Below are positions 41,592 to 54,430 of a stretch of DNA of 64,000 bases, piece after piece. Every line of letters begins with the position of its first letter. Positions within the stretch are counted from its first letter, which is position 1. The DNA lies in NCBI RefSeq assembly GCF_009914755.1, contig NC_060937.1; one strand, given 5' to 3'. A model generated the notes under the pieces. That model searched no databases, had not been told where the DNA came from, and saw only the letters and a list, made by a program, of their open reading frames with translations. The translations under genes and the position numbers were made by a program. Source of the DNA: the human T2T-CHM13v2.0 reference genome, Homo sapiens.

Positions 41592-42413
41592 TTATTTATA
41601 TTTTTAAGGTGGAATTTGAGAAACGTACAAAAACACAACGGAACGCTTCCTAGGCCACTTTACACAATCAATAGGCAATAATAACATACATATATTTGCA
41701 AGCATAAAACTCAGGTATGCTAACGATAGTCTCACGGGTATAATGGTAATGAGCAGATGAGTTGTATTTGTAAAGAAATGGGTCAAAAAGCAAAATGTAT
41801 AAAAGCATGGTTGGTAACTGGGTGCACTCAGCTTTATAACTTAGGTCATCTGGAATATTGTGACAGACAACCTAAGTCTTTTGACCAGATTCATCAAAAG
41901 CTGGGATGGGTCACCATCTAATATGTAGTCAAAGAGCTGAGATCCTGAGGAATTTTCTCTTTCCCAAATGCAAATGTGCAAAAAGGATATCTTCTCATTT
42001 ATTAAGGAAACTTTAATGTTTTTATGTGCATGTGCAATGGTTACACACAAAGTCAGTGTTGTGATAATGCACTCTTGTGGAGTTAAATTTGCAAAAAAAA
42101 ATGCATAAAACAAATTAGAACTCTCTAAAAGTCTTTGCAAAATTTATACCTTCAGTATTGGAAATGATACTAAGATGAAATACACAGCATAGCAACTTGT
42201 AAAAAATAATGGTGACAATTTAAAATAGTGGAAAAAATGGAAAAAGAAACAACTAAAAAGAAAATTGACACATACAAAGTATATTACATGGATAGATTAT
42301 GGGCAATTGCAGAGTTCATCATAGCTGGCTGACTTTCATGATCATTAACTATATTTTGAAGTCATGCATCACGATGAATAGTTGCCTTTTTTGTTTTTAG
42401 GATTTGACTCTCC

Positions 42414-43200
42414 TCATAAAATACATTCACATTCATTTTCTACGTGGCACTGCTCCTTTTGAAATTCTTCTATAATTTGATACACACTGACATGAGCATT
42501 TCCTATTACATTTTCCAATCTTCTATTCCATTCTCGTCTATTGTTTTGAGTACGTGGAAATCCATTTTGCAGGCCCTCATATACAGGCCACTCATTTGGC
42601 AGAAACAATACTCTTGATTGAACAGCAACACCGTTGCCTAAATGACTTCTTATCCTACCTTGCACATCATTATTTTCAAACCAGTATGTAATATTTCTGG
42701 CTTCTTCAGGCAATTGTGGTTTTAATTTATCAAAAGCTCCTGGAATTTTATCAGGTGGAAGGAATGCCAATACAGACAAATGACACATTTTTAAACTAAA
42801 ATTTTCATCATTGCCAGATAGCCTGGCCAATCCACTCACCTGAATTTTCTGGCAAATGAGCTGGGCTGAATGGAAGATATAAACTTTACTGGTAACAACT
42901 TGCATTTCACTTTTAGAAGCCTTGATCACACCTAATTAAAAACTTGTCATTATAATTTGGGGATGCAATTGAAATCTATTTTCTTCTGCAAAGCCCTCCA
43001 AATCTTCAAATAAGCTTTTAAAAAGTACTTCACTTTTTCCAGTTATTAAACCATAAACATGCAGATTAAATTACAGAATTTTGTAATCCAATGGGGGCAT
43101 AAACTATATAAAGTTGATTTAAAAAACCCACTGGGGACAGTTTTGAAAGTGCCGTTCATCAGCCAAAGTGAAACATGCACCAGTTTTGTTATGTTAAACT
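42414..43200 (-). pseudogene. Decayed MULE-type DDE transposase
   Basis: ORF 42414-42929 (IFHSAQLICQKIQ..LAFLP..RTQNN..W.RR) plus upstream LWLMNGTFKTVP (cf. MULE DGTFK) and IMTSF*LG; catalytic positions altered, in-frame stop. Confidence 0.85.
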
Positions 43201-43499
43201 TAGTGGTAAATAAACATGTTTATCTTTTTTGACAGTCAAATCCCTAATCAAGAATAGTTCATGATTTAATATGCCTTGTAGCACTGGAGGAAGCTCTGTG
43301 CCAGGAGGTGTCTGGCTCAGAAGGCCACTGAATTTTTTGAACTATTTTTATTATCTCACAAAAGGCATTTTGTGAAGGCAAGCATGGTGCTACCTGTAGA
43401 GGTGTTTGGTACATGATTACATAATTTGGCAGACAAGATTTTGTCCATTTTTTACTTTCATTTTAACTTCTTCTGTGATATTCAGGACATTCAAAACAG

Positions 43500-43770
43500 T
43501 GACAGCAGATCTTCCCCACCTAGTCCGCTCAGACCCACACACTGATCTCTTCTGAGTAAACCATCACAGACATACCCAAAATAATGCTTTCCCAGCTTTC
43601 CAGGGATTCCTTAATCCAGTCAAGTTGACACCTGAAATTAAGTCTGCAAGTCCACCCCTTGTAGATTTGGCACCCATATGGACCTCCTTAAACCATACAT
43701 AATTTCCAAATAAAAAGAAAACAAAGCAACAGTTGTACCTAACACGATGCAACTAACTTGGTACAACTCT
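43500..43770 (-). mobile_element. ERVL/MLT2 passenger fragment inside Ricksha
   Basis: atccagtcaagttgacacctgaaattaa (antisense MLT2 LTR start) adjoining agtccaccccttg...ttggcacccata...ccttaaaccatac (ERVL internal 3' end). Confidence 0.8.
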
Positions 43771-43819
43771 CCTGTGATTGTGATTTTCTGGATTTTAGAT
43801 GTTAAGAATTTAGACTTTA

Positions 43820-46190
43820 GGACTGGGCATGGTGGCTCATGCCTGTATTCCCAGCACTTTGGGAGGCCAAGTCAGGAGGATCACTTGAGCCCAGGAGTTT
43901 GAAATCAGCCGGGGCAATAAAGTGAGACCCCATGATATGGTTTGGCTGTGTCTCCAACCAAATCTCATCTTGATTTGTAGTTCCCATAATCCCCACATAT
44001 CATGATGGGGACCCAGTGGGAGGTAATTGAATCATGGAGGCAGTTACCCCCATGCTGTTCTCATGATAGTGAGTGAGTTCTCACAAGATCTGATGGTTTT
44101 ATAAGGAGCTTTTCCCCCTTTGCTTGTGCTTCTCCTTCCTGCCACCTCATGAAGAAGGTGACTTGCTTCCCCTTTGCATTCTACCATGCTTGTAAGTTTC
44201 CTGAAGCCTCCCCAGCTATGATGAACTGTGAGTCAATTAAACCTCTTTACTTTATAAATTACCCAAGCTTGGTTATGTCTTTATTAGCAGCATGAGAATG
44301 GACTGATACAGTAAATATGTACTGAGGTAGTGGGGCTTTGCTATAAGGATACCTAAAAATGTGGAAGTGAATTTGGAACTGGGTAACAGGCAGAGGTTGA
44401 ACAGTTTGCAGGGTTCAGAAGAAGAGAGAAAAATGTGAGGAAGTTTGGAACTTCCTAGAGACTTGCAGAATGGTTTTGAGGAAAATGCTGATAGTGACAT
44501 GGACAATGAAGTCCAGGCTGAGGTGGTCTCATATGGAGATGAAGAACTTGTTGGGAACTGGAGTAAAGATGACTCTTGCTATGCAAAGGGACTGATGGCA
44601 TTTTGCCCCTGCCCTAGAAATCTGTTGAACTTTAAACTTGAGAGACATGGTTTAGGGTATCTGGCAGAATAAATTCCTAGGGAGCAAGGTGTTCAAGAGG
44701 AAGCAAAGCATAAAAGTTTTAAAAATTTTGCAGCTTGATGATGAGATAGAAAAGGAAAACCCATTTTCTGGAGAGAAATTCAAGCCAGCTGCAGAAATTT
44801 GCATAAGTAAGGAGGAACTAAATATTAATCACCAAGACAATGGGAAAATGTCTTCACGGCATGTCAGAGACCTTCACGGCAACTCAAACCATCACAGGCC
44901 AGGAGGCCTAGGAGGAAAAACATGGTTTAATGGGCCCGGTGCAGGGACTTGCTGCTCTGTGCAGTCTCAGGACTTGGCGCCCTGTGTCCCAATCATGGCT
45001 AAAGGGCCAATGTACAGCTCAAGCCATGGCTTCAGAGGGTACAAGGCCCAAGCCTTGGCAGCTTACATTAGGTGTTGGGCCTGTGGGTGCACAGAAGTCA
45101 AGAATTGAGGTTTGGGTATCTACACCTAAATTTCAGAGGATGCATGGAAACGCCTGGGTGTTCAGGCACAAATTTGTGACGGGGACGGAGCTCTGCTAGG
45201 GCAGTGAGTGCAGAAGGGAAATGTGGGGTCAGAGCCCCCACACAGTCCCCACTGGGGCACTGTCTAGTGGAGCTGAGAGAAGAGGGCCACCATCCTCCAG
45301 ACTCCAGAATGGTAGATACACTGACAGCTTACACTGTATTGCCTGGAAAAGCCACAGACACTCAGCACCATCCTGTGAAAGCAGCCAGGAGGAAGGCTCT
45401 ACCCTGCAAAGCAACAAGGGTGGAGCTGCCCAAGGCCATGAGAGCCCACCTCTTGCTTCAGCGTGACCTGGATGTGAGACATGAAGTCAAAGGAAATCAT
45501 TTCAGAGCTTCAAGATTTGACTGACCCATTGAATTTTGGACTTGCATGGGGCGTGCAGTCCCTTCATTTTGGCCAATTTCTCCCATTTGGAACAGATGTA
45601 TTTACCCAATGCCTATATCCTCATTGTATCTATGAAGTAACTAACTTAATTTTGACTTTACAGGCTCATAGGCAGAAGGGCCTTGCCTTGTCTAAGATAA
45701 GACTTTGGACTTGGACATTTGGGTTAATGCTGGAATGAGCTAAGTCTTTGGGGGACTGTTAGAATGGCATGATCATGTTTTAAAATGTAAGGACATGAAA
45801 TTTGGAAGGGGCTGAGGGCAGAATGATATGGTTTGGCTGTGTCCCCACCCAAATCTCACCTTGAAATGTAGTTTCCATAATCCCTACATGTTATGGGAGG
45901 AACCCAGTTGGAGGTAATTGAATCATGGGGGTGGTTACCCCTGTGCTGTTCTCATGGCAGTGAGTGATACCTGAAGGTTTTATAAGCGGCTTTTCCCCTT
46001 TTGCTCAGCACTTCCTGGTGCCTTGCTTCTTGTTTGCATTCACCATGATTGTAAGTTTTCTGAAGCCTTCCCAGCCATGCTGAACTGTGAGTCAATTAAA
46101 CCTCTTTCTTTTGTAAATTACCCAGGCTCGTGTATGTTTTTATTGGGAGCATGAGAATGAACCAATTCACTCTGTCTCTATAAAAAAAAG
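43820..46190 (+). mobile_element. FLAM_C monomer split by THE1
   Basis: ggaggatcacttgagcccaggagtttga...gtgagacccca [THE1] ctctgtctcta(A)n; TSD agaatttagac(t/c)tta at 43805-43819 and 46191-46205. Confidence 0.88.
43933..46169 (+). mobile_element. Full-length THE1 (THE1C-like) MaLR: LTR-int-LTR
   Basis: LTRs 43933-44310 and 45824-46169 (tgatatggtttggctgtgtc...); internal THE1-int remnant (ELPRDLQNGF..NADSDMDNEVQAEVVS). Confidence 0.96.
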
Positions 46191-46774
46191 AGAATTTAGA
46201 CCTTAGGAATTTTAATCTTTCAGGATTTCAACATTCAGTGTTATGGTGTTTGTGACTGGGTCTTCTGGGATTATGATCCTCACCTGGAGTAAACAGCCTC
46301 GCAGCTCTCTTCAAACTATGATCCTATTCTCCCACTGCCTCCTGAGTTCAGCCTCTTCAACTTGGCTAAGCTTGCCTTTCCTTTCCTGTCTGCTTTCTTT
46401 CTTCCCTCTGATTAATCCAAAGTAAAATTTGACTTTTTTTTTCCATTCCAACAACTCCATCTTCTATCACATATCTCCTTTCATGAAGTTGGCCCATGAT
46501 AATGTTTCTGTTGACAACAGTATAATATAGACAAGATTGCATATAGTTAAAGTACGTATTTTATTTATTTGGTGGCAGCATTCTAATAAGAAATTAAAAC
46601 TATTTCTTTTAAAATCATAATTTAATCACCAGGCAGAGCAAGTAAAGAGAAATAAGTTTCAGAATGTCACATCTGTCAAAAGTAAATGCTGATTTTTATT
46701 GAGGACTTCCTTATTTCTGCCACCAGTTGACTCTCATACAGCTTGTTCCCAATAGAATCTAGTGTGGAATTGGC

Positions 46775-46945
46775 AAATGTGGTGTCATACATGCAGCGCT
46801 CTACTGGAGCTGATAATTAAGTACCCAGAAATTTTATGAAGTGTTTGTCAAACCATCAGTAGAAATATTTACACAATGTAAATCAGCAAATGCTACAAAT
46901 CTGGGCTTTCCCCCACCCAACCAATAGGTTTGCTAGCATACAACT
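46775..46945. mobile_element. MER63-like hAT-Blackjack MITE
   Basis: gtaaatcagcaaatgctacaaatctgggcttt...ggtttgctagcatacaact. Confidence 0.6.
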
Positions 46946-46999
46946 TTTATTCATCTTGTAAACGTTCAGAATTTCTATAAATATTCATAGACTCTCCTA

Positions 47000-47920
47000 T
47001 ACTGAGTGTCTCAGAATAACTCGAAATTCTTAAAATAGCCAGTGAGGCTGAGTGTGAGTTGACCCACCCCAGTCCCTCTCTCTGACCTGTCTCCTGTTAG
47101 CCTTCTGACTCCCAGTGTTCTCTACTTCATGCACATGGGCTAGGCACCCTGCTGTTTGCCTGCCTTTTCTTCCACGAGTGCTCTTCCCCAGATATCTGCA
47201 TAGCTGGTGCCCTCACCTCCTTGGAATCTTTGTTCAAATGTTATCTTCTCAGTGAGACCTTATCTATATAAGTTTTCTATGATTGCTGGAATAAATTAGC
47301 ACACCTCTAGTAGCCTAAAAGAACACACACTCTCTCTAGGGGAGAGAGAACACTTTCTTACCTTCTCCAGCTTTGAAAGGATGCCTGCATCTCTTGGCCC
47401 CTGGCCCCCTTCCAGGCAGCAACCACATCATTCTGACCCTAGCTGTCACGCTTCTTGCCTCAGACTCTCCTGCCTCCCTCTTTTGCTTTTAAGTCCTCTT
47501 GTGATGACAGTGGGCCAACATGGGTAATCTAGAATAATCTCCTCATCTCATGATCCATAACTTCATCACATCCATAAGTCCTTTTTGCCATATAGGGATA
47601 TGGACATGTAGAAAGTCCATTCTTCTGCCTATTACTCCCTCCTTGAGCATTGTAACTACCTTCACATCTACCTGCTCCCAGCATTCCTGAGCTCCCTTCC
47701 AAACTTAATTTTTCTCTGTGCCACTTATTACCTTCCGGCATATTATATATTTTACATATTTATTTTATTAATGATCTGTCTTTTCTCACTGGAATATAAT
47801 TTGCATGAGGGCAAACATTTTTGTTTTATATCGTTGACATATTTTCATTATGTTGAACAGTGCCTTGCTTTTAGTAAGGATTCAAGAAATATATAGGTTT
47901 TGGCTGAATAAATTAGGTTG
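47000..47920 (+). mobile_element. L2a 3' end, interrupted by MLT1
   Basis: ctcttccccagatatctgcatagct...ttcaaatgttatcttctcagtgag...catgagggca...ttttggctgaataaat. Confidence 0.7.
47268..47640 (-). mobile_element. MLT1D/E-like LTR
   Basis: ctctaggggagaga...cttctccagcttt...gataatctcctcatctcatgatcc...ccattcttctgcctattac. Confidence 0.7.
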
Positions 47921-48114
47921 AGAAGTTTGGGGGGAAATCCTGGCATGATACAGAAGACGGTTCCCAGTGATGGGAAAGGGCCATGTGGTTGGGCCTCTAC
48001 AGGAAGCCGGGATGCTCCAGAGGTCCCCCAGGGCAGAGCTGCTTTGCTCACGTTGAACTCTTTGCCCGAGCTCTGATTTCTAATGTTTTCTTGCATATTT
48101 GTTTTTGCTCTGCC

Positions 48115-48253
48115 TTTTTTTAATTAATTTTTTTATAGATATGAGGTTTTACTATATTTCTCAGGCTGGTATCAAATTCATGAGCTCAAGCAATCTTCCC
48201 ACCTCAACCTCCCAAACTGTTATTACTAGAGGTGCAAGCCACCACACCCGGCC
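48115..48253 (-). mobile_element. FLAM/Alu monomer (diverged)
   Basis: caggctggtatcaaattcatgagctcaagcaatcttcccacctc...gccaccacacccggcc. Confidence 0.8.
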
Positions 48254-48458
48254 TGCTTTTCTCTTTCTTTGAAATATACTCAAAATGTTTATATTGGTTT
48301 CTAACTATAGATCATGAACTCCTGAAGCAAAGTAACCACTTTGTTCTTCATTATTTCTTTCACTCTTCTACTCTGCACTGTGCCAGATATTGGATATGTA
48401 GGTGCCAAACATTTACTTTTCTGATTTCTTACATTTTATTTCTTAAAAATCAGCCTAA

Positions 48459-49929
48459 CCACGTTGTAGAGAGGGATTATTTCCTTCCTTTGTTTTGAAA
48501 ATTTGTGCATGCCCAATGCTTACATTGTGTGGTTCAATGTTGCTTCAGCTTTTTTTTTTTTTTTTTCTATTTTTGCCAGACTTCCGAAACTCTTAAAAGT
48601 TGTCTGTGGTCAGCACAGCAAAGAACACGCTTTAGCTTTGAAAAAATCTTTAACATGAAAAAAATGCACTAACATTGTTTTCAATGTAACATAGGCTAGA
48701 ATTTACCTATGTTTGCACATGCTGAGAATTGTCCAACCCGGTTGATGTGTTCACCTCTTCAGCTTGGACCTTGTTGTGAATTTATTTACAAACATCAGTT
48801 GCCTTCAAGCCATCCTTTCTGCTGTATGTTTTGTAGCCTTCTATAGTAGATACACAACAGATAATGTGGAGAGAAAAGACATAAGAAGAGGAAGGTAATG
48901 AGAGACGTTGTCAAGGTAGTAACCTTCTTGGTTTCTTTGAAGAATTTGTTGCCTTTCTACTAAGACAACAAAGAAGCATTTTGTTACTGACCGCCTAAAA
49001 CCACTCAATCTCAGGTGAATGCATCACTTGCCAAGCTGTTGGAATGCTATATGTGTTTTGTTGCACAATTTTTTGGTTGTTTATTTGGTTGGCTTTTTGG
49101 AAGGCAAATTTGGAAAGGGGACCTACACAGAAGTGCTGACCCACCCACATTCCCTTATTATCATTACAGACAAGAAGAAACTAGCAAAGCTAAGAATGGA
49201 GTGAAGAAAGGCAGTGTGATAAGCACCAGCAAAGAGTTGAGAGCTGTTGCTCTCTAAATTATTATTTGATTATTTTAAAAGTATGGAAGTTTTCTAGTCA
49301 CTGAAGAAAGGAGGTGTAAGTGCACTTATTTTTACATGGAGTTACTTAACTACCTCCTAAACACATACGTGGCAATTGTTTTTGCTTGTGCAAAGTATTT
49401 TAATTAGCAAGAATTCATATATTGAGATTATAATTAGAGAGCTCAATTTATATATTTGCTATCCTGCTCAAGCCTGACATGGAAAAAAAAAAAACCAAGT
49501 TCACTCCAAAATATATAGCTTCAAAATAATAAATACTGGAAAGTTTGCTGTGATAACTATTTTGTACTTTTGTACAAAAAAACTAAAGAACAAATTACCT
49601 AAAGAACAATTTGCTAAACATGAGAAATTGCACCTTTGAGTATATACAGGTAAGATAGGAAGAGTGTTCAGACCAGTAAATTATAGTTTATATTGAAGAT
49701 AATATTCAGTTGATTCATAACAAATAACCAGCATTCATGATAACATTTCAGCATTTCCAAGGTACCAAGTGTACTGATTTTTAAAAATATATTTTAGAAG
49801 GAATTTAGAACTGGTATTTTTAATGAAGACTAGCATCTCTGATGTTGCAACATGTATGTGAAATGGGTGTTACATCTATCCTGCCCTTTAACCTCACCGT
49901 TAACAAAGTGGCTGAAAATAACAGCAAGA
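48459..49929 (+). pseudogene. Retroposed non-coding mRNA 3'UTR fragment, probably NFIB-derived
   Basis: 14-bp TSD aaaaatcag(c/t)ctaa at 48445-48458 and 49930-49943 at a tt|aaaa L1-EN site; decayed poly(A) signal (ttaacaaag) ~25 bp before the A-rich end; parent gene is from recall only. Confidence 0.7.
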
Positions 49930-49969
49930 AAAAATCAGTCTAAGGGAGAAAACCACTAATGCTCTCAAT

Positions 49970-49990
49970 TCTCTCTCTCTCTCTTTCTCT

Positions 49991-50022
<32 letters not shown>
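49970..50022. repeat. (CT)n(GT)n compound microsatellite
   Basis: Direct inspection. Confidence 0.95.
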
Positions 50023-50024
<2 letters not shown>

Positions 50025-51504
50025 AGGGGGATGGCGGGTGGTGGTCTTAACCCTTGAAAGAAATCTTCTTTGTATAGGAAACATATTTCGGTTTAGGTAC
50101 AATGATAAGAAAGTTTAATTTTATAATCTATAAGACCAGATACCTTCAGAAATGATTTTTCCTGTGGGATTTCTATGACTGGTATTCTGACTAGTGTGAA
50201 ATGGCAGAATTGGATGTCTATATCTACACCCATCAAAACCTCACAGCTTCATGCACTGCTATAACTTTTCTGTTAACTCTGGGTAAATTAGGAGGCTGGT
50301 ACAAGGAATAATTTCAACTTCAGATTTTACAGTTTGTTTACGTTAAGGGCAGAAAGATCTACTTTTCAACGATCTGTATTTTAAGATATTGACTTTTCCT
50401 GGTGCTATTTTATGAATATGGATAAAATAGAATTCTTATTAGAAATCTCAACTCCGAATTGAGAATAGATGTTTTGATACTTGTCCTGCTGTGGCCTGAG
50501 ACTTGGAATCATGAATTATAAGAGACCTTGTTGTTTATCTACAGATTAGAACACACAAATAAACATCAGCGTAACATCCTCATTAGCATTCTGGTAGTTA
50601 CATGTACTTATTCCAGAGCAAAATTAATATATGATAAGAAGTGGAATATTTTCTGTTGATATCTAGGGTATTATGACAACAACCTTCCTTAGAAAAGAAA
50701 CAGTGTATTATGAGGACAGTGGATGCTACAAAATTATTTGTCTTCAAGGCATTGCAAACAACTGGAATCAATTGAATAACCTTCTCAAGCACAAGCCAAT
50801 AGTGAAACGAAAGTCATTTATCTGTAACAGCACGCAAGAGCTTCACTGGTACACTCGGAAGGTGGCTCACTAACCCTGCCGAAGTTTTGCTCCATCTGAT
50901 CAGGGCATAAATGTTTCATTGGCCCAATAACCAAGGTCTTAGAGTTTCGCAGTGTTTTCTCTCCAATACTTAATAGAGGGAGCATTGCTGACATTCTGTC
51001 CATGGTTGCCAAGGCTGAAATCAAACGTGCTTTGAATAATATTATAAAAACTTTGAAATTAACCTTTGCCGTTGGAACCAATGTTCAACTGTGGGCTCTA
51101 TACAAAGCCGCTTAGGGTGGGAGGGAGCAAACTTTTCAAGTTGGTTTTAGGTAACAGAAACAGATGTCTTTATTGGATTTGTCTGGAAAAAAAGTAAGGA
51201 AAATCCCAACATTATCTGTTCTGGTCAAGAAGTATAAGGCTCAGTCCCGTTTTATTTTTCTCCTTCTCCTTTGGATCCTTTTTCCTTATTCCTGACTCTA
51301 TACATGGAGAAAAAGTTCAAGTGCATCTAAAACAGTAATTCTGGGAACTTGTCAACTTATTCCCAAGACGCTACTATTGTTTATAAAGCATTTTGAAGAT
51401 TCTTGTATTCAGAGCTAGTGATAAGCCACAAGAGGAATTCAGTCTTGCTGGTGTACAGCTGCATTTTGGGCCCATGTATAGAAGAGCTAACATGGATTTC
51501 AGAG

Positions 51505-51625
51505 TCTCCCAGGTGTTTGAAATCCAGACTCTGCTCTCAGGACCTGTGAGGTCTTAGATAAGTTGCTCAATCTCTTTGAGTCTCAGTTTTCTGAGTACAA
51601 TGGCACATACCTTACAGAACTGCGG
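51505..51625 (+). mobile_element. MIR fragment
   Basis: tttgaaatccagactctgct...ctgtgaggtcttagataagttgctcaatctctttgagtctcagtttt. Confidence 0.65.
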
Positions 51626-51807
51626 TGTGGATGAATTGCGATGATGTGTATGATTCCAGCTCTGGGTCTTCTTTCCTTCCTTCTTTCTTCCCTGCCAGGA
51701 GGAAAGCAAGGCAGTGCAGCAGAGTGGGAAGTACTGCCCGTGGAGGCCACTTTTGGGCTGGAGCCTGCTCAAGGCACTTTAGTGCTGAGTCATTTGGGGC
51801 CCAAGGT

Positions 51808-52015
51808 AGGGGCAGATAGAAGAGAAGGAGGGCAGTTATCGCCTAATCACAGGGACAGATAGAAGAGAAGGAGGGCAGTTATCGCCTAGTCACAGGGGCA
51901 GATAGAAGAGAAGGACGGCAGTTATCGCCTAGTCACAGGGGCAGATAGAAGAGAAGGAGGGCAGTTATTTCCTAGTAACAGGGACAGATAGAAGGACGGC
52001 AGTTATCGCCTAGTC
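51808..52015. repeat. 43-bp VNTR, about 5 units
   Basis: Unit aggggcagatagaagagaaggagggcagttatcgcctagtcac starts at 51808, 51851, 51894, 51937, 51980 (last unit shortened). Confidence 0.97.
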
Positions 52016-53037
52016 AGGAGTTTAACAATCTCTATTTCCTTTCAAACCTCGTTTGACTGCCATTCCAGTCAAATTCACAGGCAATTAAACTTCCTCCTGC
52101 ATCTCGGAGCAGGCCTCTGTATCATCATTTCTCCTCTGCAAGTGTATCTTCTTCGGGCACGTGGAAAGGTCTTAGTGCACCTGCGGTATTTAGGGACTTG
52201 ATCCTCTTTCCTCTTTATTGTCAAAGTTGTGGCTTGCCGAAGTCAGGACAGAGTCTGATTATGACATGTTAGCAATCGTCACATCTCATTTTTAAGTAAG
52301 TATACTTTTATGCAGTTTGAGCTCTCATTCATGTCATTTATTAATTTGTTCATTCGTTAACACATTCATTTGTGGAGCATTTGGCCTATAAAAGAGTTGA
52401 AACCCTTCCTTACCATTAAGGGAGGAGAGAATACAAAATGCACAGAGACACATGCTTGGTTTTGTATAACTTTGACGGTTTCTAAAATAAAATAAGGTCT
52501 AACTTGGAAAATCAAAACCTATCACTGAGATATTTTCATAATCTAAAAAGTCCGTTTCAAAAGAACTTCCAAAATGTTTTAAAAAAATGACTATCCTTTA
52601 GAATAATGATGTAGCATTCCAAAGTTTTAGTGTTCAACCAGCATTTATTACCACCTGCTGGGTGCCTGAGGCAGGACATTTGTAATGAGAGCCACAAACA
52701 TGAATTGAAAAACTGCTGCCCATAGGTTCACAGTTCCTGTCAAAGCATAGAGCTCCCTGTAGATAGAGCCCCCTGTATAAGATGCCCTGTGTTCTGGGGG
52801 AGAGGATACACTAGGTCTGCAGATATATCTGGTAGGCAGAACAGAAAAGGTGTCACTGAGGAGGTGCTATGTGAGTTAGTTGTGAAAAATGAGTACGGGT
52901 TTATGAGGCAGATATGAGAGGCACTTTGTTGAAGTTACAACTCCTACCAGGCACTCGTTTGAATTTTCTGTTTCATTTGCTCTTTGGAGGTTGCTTGTTG
53001 GTACACTTACATCTTCTATGCCAGTCTTAAAAGAGAG

Positions 53038-53039
<2 letters not shown>

Positions 53040-53075
<36 letters not shown>
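53040..53075. repeat. (TG)n microsatellite
   Basis: Direct inspection. Confidence 0.97.
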
Positions 53076-53076
<1 letters not shown>

Positions 53077-54019
53077 TGTGTTCAGTATTTTTTGCAGAGT
53101 TTCTTTGTGTTTCCAAGCTTACTTTAGAGCTGAAGCTTGTCAGAGTTCTCATAACAAATTCGTGATTGAACTAAATTCCAACCTGCCGCCTCTGGTGTTG
53201 GAGTCTTACGGCACCTCAGTGCATTCATGGGGTGTGCTCTACCCTCTACTTTCGTGATTTATTTAAAGACCAAATCATGATGAATAACATTTCTTAGGCT
53301 TAAACCCATAGCAGGGGTAGGAAATAGTTCAAACCTTCTGACTTAAATGAACAAATACAATCTTCAAAAACTGTTTTCTAATCTGCATGAATGTACTGAA
53401 CTTGTTGCCGCCTTCATTTAAATGTGATGTATCAAAAGTGCTTTGTAAACTCTTAAATTCCAATGTTGATATTGTTATAGATATACTTTATTAAATACTG
53501 GATAATGATTTTATAAGCTACAGGGTGTTTAACTGTGAAATTATTCTAAAATATGTAGAAAAAAATTGGAATAATCTTCCCATTTTGAACACAATGATTG
53601 GTTTTAAAGTTCCCTTGATTTATGTGTTTGTATACTGAGGATTCTCAATTGAGTGAACTAGTGTCTTTGCAATATAGTAAGATTTTGGTACAGTTTTTAA
53701 TCTATCAAGGAAAAGGCTAGATAAGTAGGATCTCATTTGTTTCATGGACCATTATTTGAAGGATGATTTAAGACCATAGGAAATACTGACTCACCTTTTC
53801 TAAAAAGACAACTGATTTTCTTATGCTTTTAAGTTCAAATTTATCTTGTCTCCTTTTGATTAATTAAAACAACAGTTATCAAAAACCTTAGCAGAAAATA
53901 TTATTTATTGAATCTGAAAAGAAACAGGAAATACTGTGCTTTCTTGAGCCTGTTTCCTATACCCCAATATCATAAGAATTGTTGTTGCTTCTATAATGTT
54001 CAGCTGCAAATTATTTTGC

Positions 54020-54430
54020 GTGATCAATCAAAATGAATTACCTGAATTTTCTCCTCTTGTTCAAAATGGAACCACATTCATCCACCTACCCCTAGCCCTA
54101 GGACTGTTTCTTTCATTCCGATAGTTTGTGATATCCTTGACTTCACAGCAGAAAGCTGTGTCTCCCAAACCCCTTCACTCAGGTCCCGTGGGGCCTGCCC
54201 TCTAAAGTCTCTTCGGTCTTCTTTCTTTGAATGTTCATGGCCATCTTGTCGTTTAGACTCTTATCCCTGACTGTAAGAGATCTCTCGGGTCTTCCTGCCT
54301 GTGGTCATGCCTAATTTGTACCCTTCCTAAAATGTGATGTGATCATGTCACTGCCTTGCTTAGAAGCCCCGCACTGGCTTCCAACACGTGCAGAATCAAG
54401 TGCTTGCTGTTTAACATTGTCTACCCAGTC
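54020..54430 (+). mobile_element. L2 fragment
   Basis: aatggaaccacattcatccacc...gatcatgtcactgccttgcttagaagcccc..ctggcttcc. Confidence 0.55.

Noticed and set aside
42414-42929. Domesticated or functional MULE transposase gene
   Set aside because: In-frame stop just upstream, catalytic motifs altered, non-ATG start, and it lies within intact transposon TIRs.
44445-45738. Cluster of + strand ORFs
   Set aside because: Frameshifted remnants of the THE1 internal region.
51808-52015. 43-bp repeat as a CRISPR array
   Set aside because: No spacers; a simple VNTR.
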